Below, one piece after another: positions 57,295-64,000 of a DNA stretch of 64,000 bases. The stretch covers positions 1-64,000 of the forward strand of contig JBJKRI010000003.1 of NCBI GenBank assembly GCA_046704725.1, written 5' to 3'. How positions within the stretch are numbered: position 1 is the first letter of the stretch; each line of letters begins with the position of its first letter. The notes under the pieces are model-generated. The model did no database searches. It saw only the letters and a list, made by a program, of their open reading frames with translations, and had not been told where the DNA came from. Origin of the DNA: Candidatus Woesearchaeota archaeon (GTDB lineage: Archaea > Nanobdellota > Nanobdellia > Woesearchaeales > SKIA01). The position numbers and the translations under genes are program-made.

Positions 57295-57792
57295 ATGGCA
57301 TCGACACAACGATACACGCTCAAGGCGCGACGCCGAAGGCAGGGAAAGACGGACTATCGCAAGCGGTTGTCGCTCCTCAAGAGCCGGCAGACGCGTCTTG
57401 TCATCCGGAAGAGCAACGCGAACACGACCGTCCAGCTCGTGCGCTACGAGCCCGATGGTGACGTCGTCGTGGCGCAGGCCTCTACCTCGCAGCTCTCTGC
57501 GCTCGGTTGGAAGGGCTCCACGGGGAACCTCCCCGCCGCGTACCTCGCAGGCTATCTCGCCGGCGCGCGCGCGAAGAAGGCCAAGGTGAAGAGTGCGATA
57601 GTGGATATCGGCATGCAGCGCGCTTTCCACGGCGGACGGTTGTTCGCCGCGGTCAAGGGCGTCATCGACGCGGGTGTCTCGGTCGCGGTCAACGAGGAAG
57701 CGCTCCCGTCCGAGGAGCGCGTGTCCGGTGCGCACATCAGCGAGAAGCTCGCATCCCAGGTGGCTGACATCAAGAAGAAGGCAGGTGCATGA
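57295..57792 (+). CDS. rpl18: 50S ribosomal protein uL18
   Basis: RRRR.GKTDY..R, RLV.R.S, N.PAAYL.G. Confidence 0.97.
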   Translation: MASTQRYTLKARRRRQGKTDYRKRLSLLKSRQTRLVIRKSNANTTVQLVRYEPDGDVVVAQASTSQLSALGWKGSTGNLPAAYLAGYLAGARAKKAKVKSAIVDIGMQRAFHGGRLFAAVKGVIDAGVSVAVNEEALPSEERVSGAHISEKLASQVADIKKKAGA

Positions 57793-58898
57793 TCATGGAA
57801 GAGTGGAAACCCAAGACGGATCTCGGCCGGCGCGTGAAGGCCCGGCAGATCACTGATATCAATGAGATCCTCGATAACGGCTGGACGATCCTCGAGCCGC
57901 AGATCACCGACACTCTGTTGCCTGGCATGGAGCACGACCTGCTCATGATCGGCCAGAGCAAGGGAAAGTTCGGCGGCGGCCGCAGGCGCGTCTTCCGCCA
58001 GACCCAGAAGAAGACCCAGGAGGGCAACAAGCCCCACTTCGCCGCGTACGCCGTCATCGGCAACGGCGACGGTTTCGTCGGCCTCGGCTATGGCAAGGCG
58101 CGCGAGACCGTGCCTGCGCGTGAGAAAGCGGTGCGTCAAGCGAAGATCAATGTCTTCAAGGTCGCTCGTGGCTCCGGCTCGTGGGAGAGTCGTGTCAAGG
58201 AGCCGCACACCGTGCCGTTCTCCGTGGAGGGCCGTTGCGGTTCTGTGCGCGTGCGTCTCATGCCCGCCCCCAAGGGTAAGGGTCTTGTCGCGGAGAAAGA
58301 GGTCCAGAAGATCCTCAAGGCCGCTGGTATCCAGGACGTGTGGATGCAGTCCTTCGGCCAGACCAAGAACAAGGTGAATCTCATCAAGGCGACCGAGCAG
58401 GCCTTGCGCAAGCTCGTCACCACCAAGCTGCGCGACGCGGACATCGCGAACCTCGCGGTCGTCTACGGCAACACCAAGCCACTCGCGATCGCGTCTCCCG
58501 ACGAGATCATGCAGCGCGAGCGTCCCTCGCGCAAGATCTCCGTCGAGAAGCCCGCCAAGAGCGAGGACAAGCCCAAGGCTCCCGCAAAGGGTGCTGCGAA
58601 ACCCGCTCCGAAATCACCCGCGAAGACTGAGCAGGTGAAGGAGGCAAAGGCTCCTGCCAAGAAGGCGGAGCCGGCCAAGAAGCAGACCGCTCCGACGGAG
58701 GCTTCGGGAACGCCCCTCTCAGGGATATCCGGCGTGGGTCCTGCCCGCGTCAAGAAGCTGAACTCTGCCGGAGTCTCTTCGGTGGAGCAGGTCGCGTCCA
58801 TGGAGGTCGCTGACCTCGCCGAGAAGGCCGGTATCGCCGAGGGCAACGCCCAGAACATCATCGAGGCGGCCAAGGACCTGGTCGGAGGCAAGAAATGA
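57789..58898 (+). CDS. rps5: 30S ribosomal protein uS5 fused to a Lys/Ala/Pro linker and an HhH domain
   Basis: W.PKT.LG, G.GSWE, PAPKG.GL, G.T; C-terminal ISGVGP....L..AG....Q.A......L....GI. Confidence 0.95.
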   Translation: MIMEEWKPKTDLGRRVKARQITDINEILDNGWTILEPQITDTLLPGMEHDLLMIGQSKGKFGGGRRRVFRQTQKKTQEGNKPHFAAYAVIGNGDGFVGLGYGKARETVPAREKAVRQAKINVFKVARGSGSWESRVKEPHTVPFSVEGRCGSVRVRLMPAPKGKGLVAEKEVQKILKAAGIQDVWMQSFGQTKNKVNLIKATEQALRKLVTTKLRDADIANLAVVYGNTKPLAIASPDEIMQRERPSRKISVEKPAKSEDKPKAPAKGAAKPAPKSPAKTEQVKEAKAPAKKAEPAKKQTAPTEASGTPLSGISGVGPARVKKLNSAGVSSVEQVASMEVADLAEKAGIAEGNAQNIIEAAKDLVGGKK

Positions 58899-59230
58899 TC
58901 GCTGCTGTCCAGATCCGTGGCGGTATCGGCGCGCGCCAGTCCGTCAAGGACACTTTGCGCATGCTCGGTCTCGGTCGCGTCAACAGCTGCGCGCTCTTCG
59001 AGGAGTCGCCCGCCAACCAGGGCATGCTCTTCAAGTGCAAGGATTTCATCGCTTACGGCCCTATCTCCGAGGAGACGGCCAAGAAGGTCCAGAAGCTCAT
59101 GTCGGGAAAGACCGCCCGTCTGCATCCCGCGCGCGGCGGCCTCAAGTCCGTCAAGCGCGCTTATGGCGACGGCGGTGACCTCGGCTCACGCGACGACATG
59201 GACAAGCTTGTCGGGAGGATGCTCCCATGA
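58895..59230 (+). CDS. rpl30: 50S ribosomal protein uL30 (short)
   Basis: IRG, TL..L.L..VN, GML, RLHP.RGG. Confidence 0.95.
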   Translation: MIAAVQIRGGIGARQSVKDTLRMLGLGRVNSCALFEESPANQGMLFKCKDFIAYGPISEETAKKVQKLMSGKTARLHPARGGLKSVKRAYGDGGDLGSRDDMDKLVGRMLP

Positions 59231-59730
59231 GCGTGACCAAGCCCAAGAAGGCGCGTCGCTACCGTGGTTCCAAGACCCATGGCGGCGGCAGCATGAAGAA
59301 GCGCCGCGGCGCCGGTCATCGTGGCGGTCGCGGACGCGCGGGCAGCGGAAAGCGCGGCGACGCCAAGAAGCCTTCCTATTGGAAGACCTGGACGATGGGC
59401 GCGCACGGCTTTGTCCCGCACGATCGCGAGCGTTTGCAGATCATGAACCTCTCCGACCTCGAGCGCTACCTGCCCGATCTGGAGAAGGCCGGCTTCGCCA
59501 AGAAGGCCTCCGGCGGTTTCTCGATTGACCTGACCGCAGCGGGGATCGACAAGCTCCTCGGCACGGGCAGCGTCTCGCAGAAGTTCGCCATCACCGTCGA
59601 CGCGGCTTCGGCCAAGGCGGTCGATCGCGTCTCGGCGGCCGGCGGTTCCGTCTCCGTCAAGGAGAAGGTCGTCAAGGCCAAGAAGGCCCCCTCCAAGAAG
59701 AAGCCTGCGGACGACGAGTCCGAGGAGTGA
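59227..59730 (+). CDS. rpl15: 50S ribosomal protein uL15
   Basis: RGS.THG.G..K..RG.G..GGRG.AG, KLLG.G. Confidence 0.97.
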   Translation: MSVTKPKKARRYRGSKTHGGGSMKKRRGAGHRGGRGRAGSGKRGDAKKPSYWKTWTMGAHGFVPHDRERLQIMNLSDLERYLPDLEKAGFAKKASGGFSIDLTAAGIDKLLGTGSVSQKFAITVDAASAKAVDRVSAAGGSVSVKEKVVKAKKAPSKKKPADDESEE

Positions 59731-60453
59731 TCAGAATCTATCAGCTGTGAGGTCCGGTACGGGTTCCCATATTCTGTCTTCTGGAATATAGCCCGCTCGG
59801 GCTCGCCAGTACGCCTTTCGGTGTTCGAGGGTTTGTCCAGGGCTCATCATTCCTTTCTTGGTTATTCTATCGAGTTCTTTTGCTTTCGCTCCGTCGATGA
59901 GGTTTCCGCTCAGATGGAACTGCGCGGTCTGTAGCCGTTGGGTGAGGAGCGTGTCCCGGGGGAAGCGCTCCCACACCGCTTCGAGCGATGTCTCTTTGGC
60001 CATCCGTAGGTAGCGTTGGAAGACATAGTCGAGCTCTCCCAAGGTTTCGGTGATGGGGATGTCATGGTCGAACGCGTAGGGATGATCGGCGAAGTTGCGT
60101 GCGTTGACGATGGCGCAATCGCTGTTCTCGTTGTCTAGCCGGATCCTCGCTCGTTCCAGGCTTGGCATGCTCGCTTCCAGGAAGAATTCCTGATACGTCT
60201 TTCCGGTATGGGAGGTCATTGGTCCGAAGCGTCGGAGGTAGTGGAACGAGAGCGCGCCGTACATGAGGTCTCCTACAGTTATCCCTGTCTCTTGCGCTGT
60301 CTCTTCGACGATGGTGTCGAGCATCGTCTCTTGGTCGTGCTTTCCTCCGGGCAGGCAGTACAGGCCGTTGCCATTGCTGCTGTTCGCGCGGCGGAGGATG
60401 AGCAGCCCTTCGGGCGCTCGCAGAGCGACCCTGATGACGGGGATGATGTCCAT
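59731..60453 (-). CDS. Nudix-fold protein with a divergent Nudix box
   Basis: LLILRR...LPGGK.D.ET.....EETAQETGI, L..E. Confidence 0.75.
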   Translation of the reverse strand: MDIIPVIRVALRAPEGLLILRRANSSNGNGLYCLPGGKHDQETMLDTIVEETAQETGITVGDLMYGALSFHYLRRFGPMTSHTGKTYQEFFLEASMPSLERARIRLDNENSDCAIVNARNFADHPYAFDHDIPITETLGELDYVFQRYLRMAKETSLEAVWERFPRDTLLTQRLQTAQFHLSGNLIDGAKAKELDRITKKGMMSPGQTLEHRKAYWRARAGYIPEDRIWEPVPDLTADRF

Positions 60454-60544
60454 CCATGTGGGAATCCTCCGGGCCTCATAAAGCCTCTCCCAAGGGTTCT
60501 GGGCAGCGCCAATCTTATAAAGGACGGGCCGGTTTCCGCTTGCT

Positions 60545-61972
60545 ATGGGACTGATAGAGCGTATGGCGGCCGCCTTCCCGGAGGTCTCGCGGCCCACGCA
60601 GAAACACCTCGGCTTCAACCAGAAGTTGAAGTGGACGCTCATCATCCTCGTCGCTTTCTTCATCCTCGGCGTCACGCCATTGTTCGGCCTCGACCCGAAC
60701 AGCCAGTTCCGCTTCGCCCAGCTCGAGCTCATCCTGGGAGCGTCGTTCGGTAGCGTCATCAGCCTGGGCATCGGGCCGATCGTCACCGGTTCCATCGTGC
60801 TGCAGCTGTTGACCGGAGCGGGCATGCTCAATATCGACACGAACACCGAGGAGGGCAAGAAGAAGTTCCAGGCCCTGCAAAAGATCATGTCCATCTTCTT
60901 CGTCGTCTTCGAATCCTGTATCTACGTCTTCATGGGCGGCCTCGCGCCCACGCCCGGCGCCGGCAACTTCGTCGCCCTGGAGTTCATCCTCATCGTCCAG
61001 CTCATCATGGGCGGATTGCTCATCATGCTCATGGACGAGGTCACGAGCAAGTGGGGCTTCGGCTCCGGTATCAGCTTGTTCATCGCCGCGGGAGTCTCGA
61101 AACAGATATTCATCCGGGCCTTGTCGCCCTTCCACCAGACCGTTCAGGGAGTCGCTTCCGAGGGTTATGTCGGCGCGATCCCCGAGATGTTCCGCAGCGT
61201 CGCCGCTGGCGACACCACGGGCGCGGCCATCGCGTTGGCGAGCATCGCCGCCACGGTCATCATCTTCGTCGCCGTCGTCTACACGCAAGCGATGAAGGTG
61301 GAGATCCCCTTGTCGTTCGGGCGTATCCGCGGACACGGCGTGCGCTGGCCATTGAGCTTCTTCTACACCAGCAACATCCCGGTCATCTTGGTGGCTGCCT
61401 TGTTCGCGAACATCCAGTTGTGGGCGCGATTGCTCCAGAACTGGGCGACGAGCAGCGGCTCGGCCCTCATCACCTCCATATCCCATATCATCGGCCAGTA
61501 CTCCGGCCAGTCCCCCGTCTCGGGCTTCGCACTGTACATCACGCCGCCCAACCTCCTCCAAGCGTTCGTCACCAGCTCCGTCACGGGACAGATGCTCTTG
61601 TCGGCCTTGGTCTACGTATTGATGATGGTCGCCGGCTCCACGCTCTTCGCGTACTTCTGGGTCCAGACCGCGGGTCTGGATTCTCGCAGCCAGGCCAAGA
61701 ATATCATGGCCTCCGGACTGCAGGTGCCTGGCTTCCGCAAGGACCCACGGGTCATGGAGCGCTTGCTGGACCGGTACATCATGCCGCTCGCCATCATGGG
61801 CGGTATCGCCGTCGGCCTCCTGGCCGCCTTGGCAGACCTGCTCGGCGCGCTCACCTCGGGAACAGGCCTCTTGCTGACTGTCATGATCATCTACCAGCTC
61901 TACGAGAGCATCGCTGCAGAGCAGGTGTATAGCATGAGCCCGCTGGTCCGCAAGTTCTTCGGCAAGGACTGA
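60545..61972 (+). CDS. secY: preprotein translocase SecY
   Basis: LGIGPIVT.SI..QL, KWG.GSGISLFI, Y.SNIPVIL, PGFR, GTGLLL.V.I. Confidence 0.98.
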   Translation: MGLIERMAAAFPEVSRPTQKHLGFNQKLKWTLIILVAFFILGVTPLFGLDPNSQFRFAQLELILGASFGSVISLGIGPIVTGSIVLQLLTGAGMLNIDTNTEEGKKKFQALQKIMSIFFVVFESCIYVFMGGLAPTPGAGNFVALEFILIVQLIMGGLLIMLMDEVTSKWGFGSGISLFIAAGVSKQIFIRALSPFHQTVQGVASEGYVGAIPEMFRSVAAGDTTGAAIALASIAATVIIFVAVVYTQAMKVEIPLSFGRIRGHGVRWPLSFFYTSNIPVILVAALFANIQLWARLLQNWATSSGSALITSISHIIGQYSGQSPVSGFALYITPPNLLQAFVTSSVTGQMLLSALVYVLMMVAGSTLFAYFWVQTAGLDSRSQAKNIMASGLQVPGFRKDPRVMERLLDRYIMPLAIMGGIAVGLLAALADLLGALTSGTGLLLTVMIIYQLYESIAAEQVYSMSPLVRKFFGKD

Positions 61973-62011
61973 ACCAACCCCTTTTTATAGCCGCCTCCTC
62001 TCCACCTTTCC

Positions 62012-62749
62012 ATGGCCATAGAGTCTTTCCTGGACCCTGTCCTCGGCTGGTTGCTGCCGCTGCCCATGTGGCTCTCGCTCCTCATATTCGCCGTCTTCAT
62101 GACACTGGTCATCACGCTCGTCCAGAAGTACATGACCGACCAGAAGGAGATGAAGCGCCTCAAGGAGAAGGTCAAGTCCTCCCAGGAGGAGATGAAGAAG
62201 TATCGCGACGAGCCCAAGAAGCTCGCGAAGATCCAGCAAGAGGCGATGCAGACGAACATGAAGTACACCATGAAGTCGCTCAAGCCCACGCTGTACACGA
62301 TACTGCCCTTCCTCATCCTCATCGCCTGGATGTCCGCGCACTATTCGCTCGCTGCCATCCCGCCCAACACGCCCGTCATGGTGCACGTCCAGCTCGAGCA
62401 GCCGGGCCGCGTCACGCTCACCAGCGATGCCACCGTGCTGGGCAACGCCACCAAGGCCACCGTCGAGAAGCAGGTCTATTGGGAGGTGAAGGGGCCGCCA
62501 GGGAACCACACCCTCAACTTCACCTCTTCGGGCGTATCCGTCACACAGGATCTCATCATCGGCTCGACGCCCACGCAGAAGATCGTGAAGCAGGGCTCGC
62601 CTTTCGTCGAGACCCAGGTGGACTATCCCAAGGCCACGCCCTTCGGCGATTTCTCCATCTTCGGTTACATGCCTGGCTGGCTGATGACGTACTTCTTGTA
62701 CAGCATCGTCTTGAGCATCGGCATCCGGAAGATCATGAAGGTCTACTAG
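62012..62749 (+). CDS. DUF106 / EMC3-TMCO1 (Oxa1 superfamily) membrane insertase
   Basis: TM helix, coiled coil, KP.L.T..P, GW...Y...S...RK; located after secY. Confidence 0.88.
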   Translation: MAIESFLDPVLGWLLPLPMWLSLLIFAVFMTLVITLVQKYMTDQKEMKRLKEKVKSSQEEMKKYRDEPKKLAKIQQEAMQTNMKYTMKSLKPTLYTILPFLILIAWMSAHYSLAAIPPNTPVMVHVQLEQPGRVTLTSDATVLGNATKATVEKQVYWEVKGPPGNHTLNFTSSGVSVTQDLIIGSTPTQKIVKQGSPFVETQVDYPKATPFGDFSIFGYMPGWLMTYFLYSIVLSIGIRKIMKVY

Positions 62750-62786
62750 GCGCTACGCTTTTATACCGTCGTACGCCCAGCACGCC

Positions 62787-63221
62787 ATGCGCGCCTGGTT
62801 GTTGATCCCCTTGTTGCTCGTCGTCGCGGCCTGCATGCCGCGCGGCCCCACGGGCAACATCGTCGCGCCCCCATCGCATTCGGTGAACGGCAACACCGCG
62901 GTCACGACAGAGATCTTCCCCCACACCGACCAGCCCGCCACCGTCCGCGTCACAGCGACCGGCGATATCGTCTATCGCGCCTTCCGGGTGGACGGCCAGC
63001 CCTACACCCTCGTCGGCCAGGAAAAAGACAACCAATGGCTCACGGGATCGGGCACGGCCATCGTCTATCTCTGGCCCGGCACGCACACCATCGACGCCTA
63101 CACGTGCACCCAGACACTCACGAGCTGGAAGTGCGGCTGCACCAACGGCAACGATTGCGGCCACTGGATGCAGGAGACGATCGACGTGCCCAACGCCTCC
63201 ACCCCCGCCCTCCCACAATAG
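62787..63221 (+). CDS. lipoprotein with a Cys-rich C-terminus
   Basis: Lipobox VAAC; YTC......WKCGC.....CG.W. Confidence 0.7.
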   Translation: MRAWLLIPLLLVVAACMPRGPTGNIVAPPSHSVNGNTAVTTEIFPHTDQPATVRVTATGDIVYRAFRVDGQPYTLVGQEKDNQWLTGSGTAIVYLWPGTHTIDAYTCTQTLTSWKCGCTNGNDCGHWMQETIDVPNASTPALPQ

Positions 63222-63333
63222 CTGTTATTCCATTCCAATATCGTCTTTTAAGGAGTTATGAACAGCGAACGGACTGCCCCCATCAAGGAAGAAAGGCCGT
63301 CACCTTTAAAAATCGCCACTGATTCGCCCCGGT

Positions 63334-63603
63334 ATGGTACACGGAGCGAACAAGAGCGGCTCACGGAAGCGCGTCTTCGTGCGCACGACGTCCAAGACGG
63401 CGGTGCGCTATCAGGAGAAGCGCCCCTCCAAGCCCCACTGCACGTGCGGCAGGATCCTGCAAGGGACCGCCCGCGGCACCCGCGTCGACATGAAGAGGCT
63501 GTCCAAGACCGAGAAGCGCCCCTCGAGGCCCTACGGCGGACACCTCTGCAGCGTCTGCGCGAAGAAAGCGCTCCGTGCCCAGGCAAGACTCTCTTCGGAC
63601 TAG
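63334..63603 (+). CDS. rpl34e: 50S ribosomal protein eL34
   Basis: C.CG..L.G, K.EKRP.RPYGG.LC..C. Confidence 0.95.
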   Translation: MVHGANKSGSRKRVFVRTTSKTAVRYQEKRPSKPHCTCGRILQGTARGTRVDMKRLSKTEKRPSRPYGGHLCSVCAKKALRAQARLSSD

Positions 63604-63645
63604 GCGGCGACGCATCCAAGGTTCTGAGGAGGAGAGGGAACACAC

Positions 63646-63996
63646 ATGTATGATATCGGAAGGCTCTGTATGAAGGTCGCCGGCCGCGACGCGGGTAGGT
63701 ACTGCCTAGTCGTCGACGCCAAGGACGGCAAGCTCCTCGTGGACGGACAGACGCGCAGGCGTCTTGTCAACGAGCACCATCTCGAACCCCTCGACAAATC
63801 GGTCAAGCTCGCAAAGGGCGCATCGCACGCTGATGTGGTCAAGGCACTCGGAACGCTCGGCATCGCCGTGAAAGAACCGAAGGAGCGCCCCAAGAAGGCC
63901 AAGACGGAGAAGAAAGCCGACAAGAGCGAGAAGCCGACCAAGAAGGCGTCCGCCAAGAAAACCAAGAAGGCGTCCGCCAAGAAGGCGAAGCAATAA
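63646..63996 (+). CDS. rpl14e: 50S ribosomal protein eL14 with a Lys-rich tail
   Basis: IGR.C.K.AGRDAG..C.VV, RRR.VN..HLEP. Confidence 0.95.
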   Translation: MYDIGRLCMKVAGRDAGRYCLVVDAKDGKLLVDGQTRRRLVNEHHLEPLDKSVKLAKGASHADVVKALGTLGIAVKEPKERPKKAKTEKKADKSEKPTKKASAKKTKKASAKKAKQ

Positions 63997-64000
63997 AATG

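Noticed and set aside
47549-59696. Many long antisense and alternate-frame ORFs (e.g. 49002-50816, and elsewhere 30686-32287, 33597-35177)
   Set aside because: Shadow ORFs expected from high-GC codon bias opposite well-conserved genes.

Overview
GC-rich archaeal chromosomal segment, most consistent with a DPANN archaeon of the Woesearchaeota type. That assignment is an inference from the fused PriS-PriL primase, PolD, class III signal-peptide Cys-rich proteins, many singleton ORFs, and the absence of adk/cmk from the spc cluster. Core content: vapBC, a stand-alone LigD 3'-phosphoesterase, a sufD-sufS-sufU-sufC operon, tbp, mcm, an RPA-like protein, thiI, TraB/M50, trmB, a probable replication origin with cdc6-DP1-DP2, aIF-2beta, Hef, primase, and the S10/spc ribosomal superoperon through secY to eL14. 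Main observations: (1) an intact GlcD/GlcF-like operon in which essentially all Fe-S cysteine ligands are substituted, paralleled by loss of all four [4Fe-4S] cysteines in the primase, although the SUF genes look intact; (2) ORB-like Orc1/Cdc6 boxes outside the origin, upstream of tbp, mcm and the ribosomal operon promoter; (3) a 20-26 nt DNA module repeated in the Lys/Ala/Pro tails of uL4, uL22 and uS5, plus a uS5-HhH fusion; (4) several apparent pseudo-enzymes; (5) a pilin-led surface operon and tandem secreted paralogs with SD-covering hairpins. All family calls come from motif recognition by eye; no searches were run. No rRNA, tRNA, CRISPR array or intact transposase was seen.
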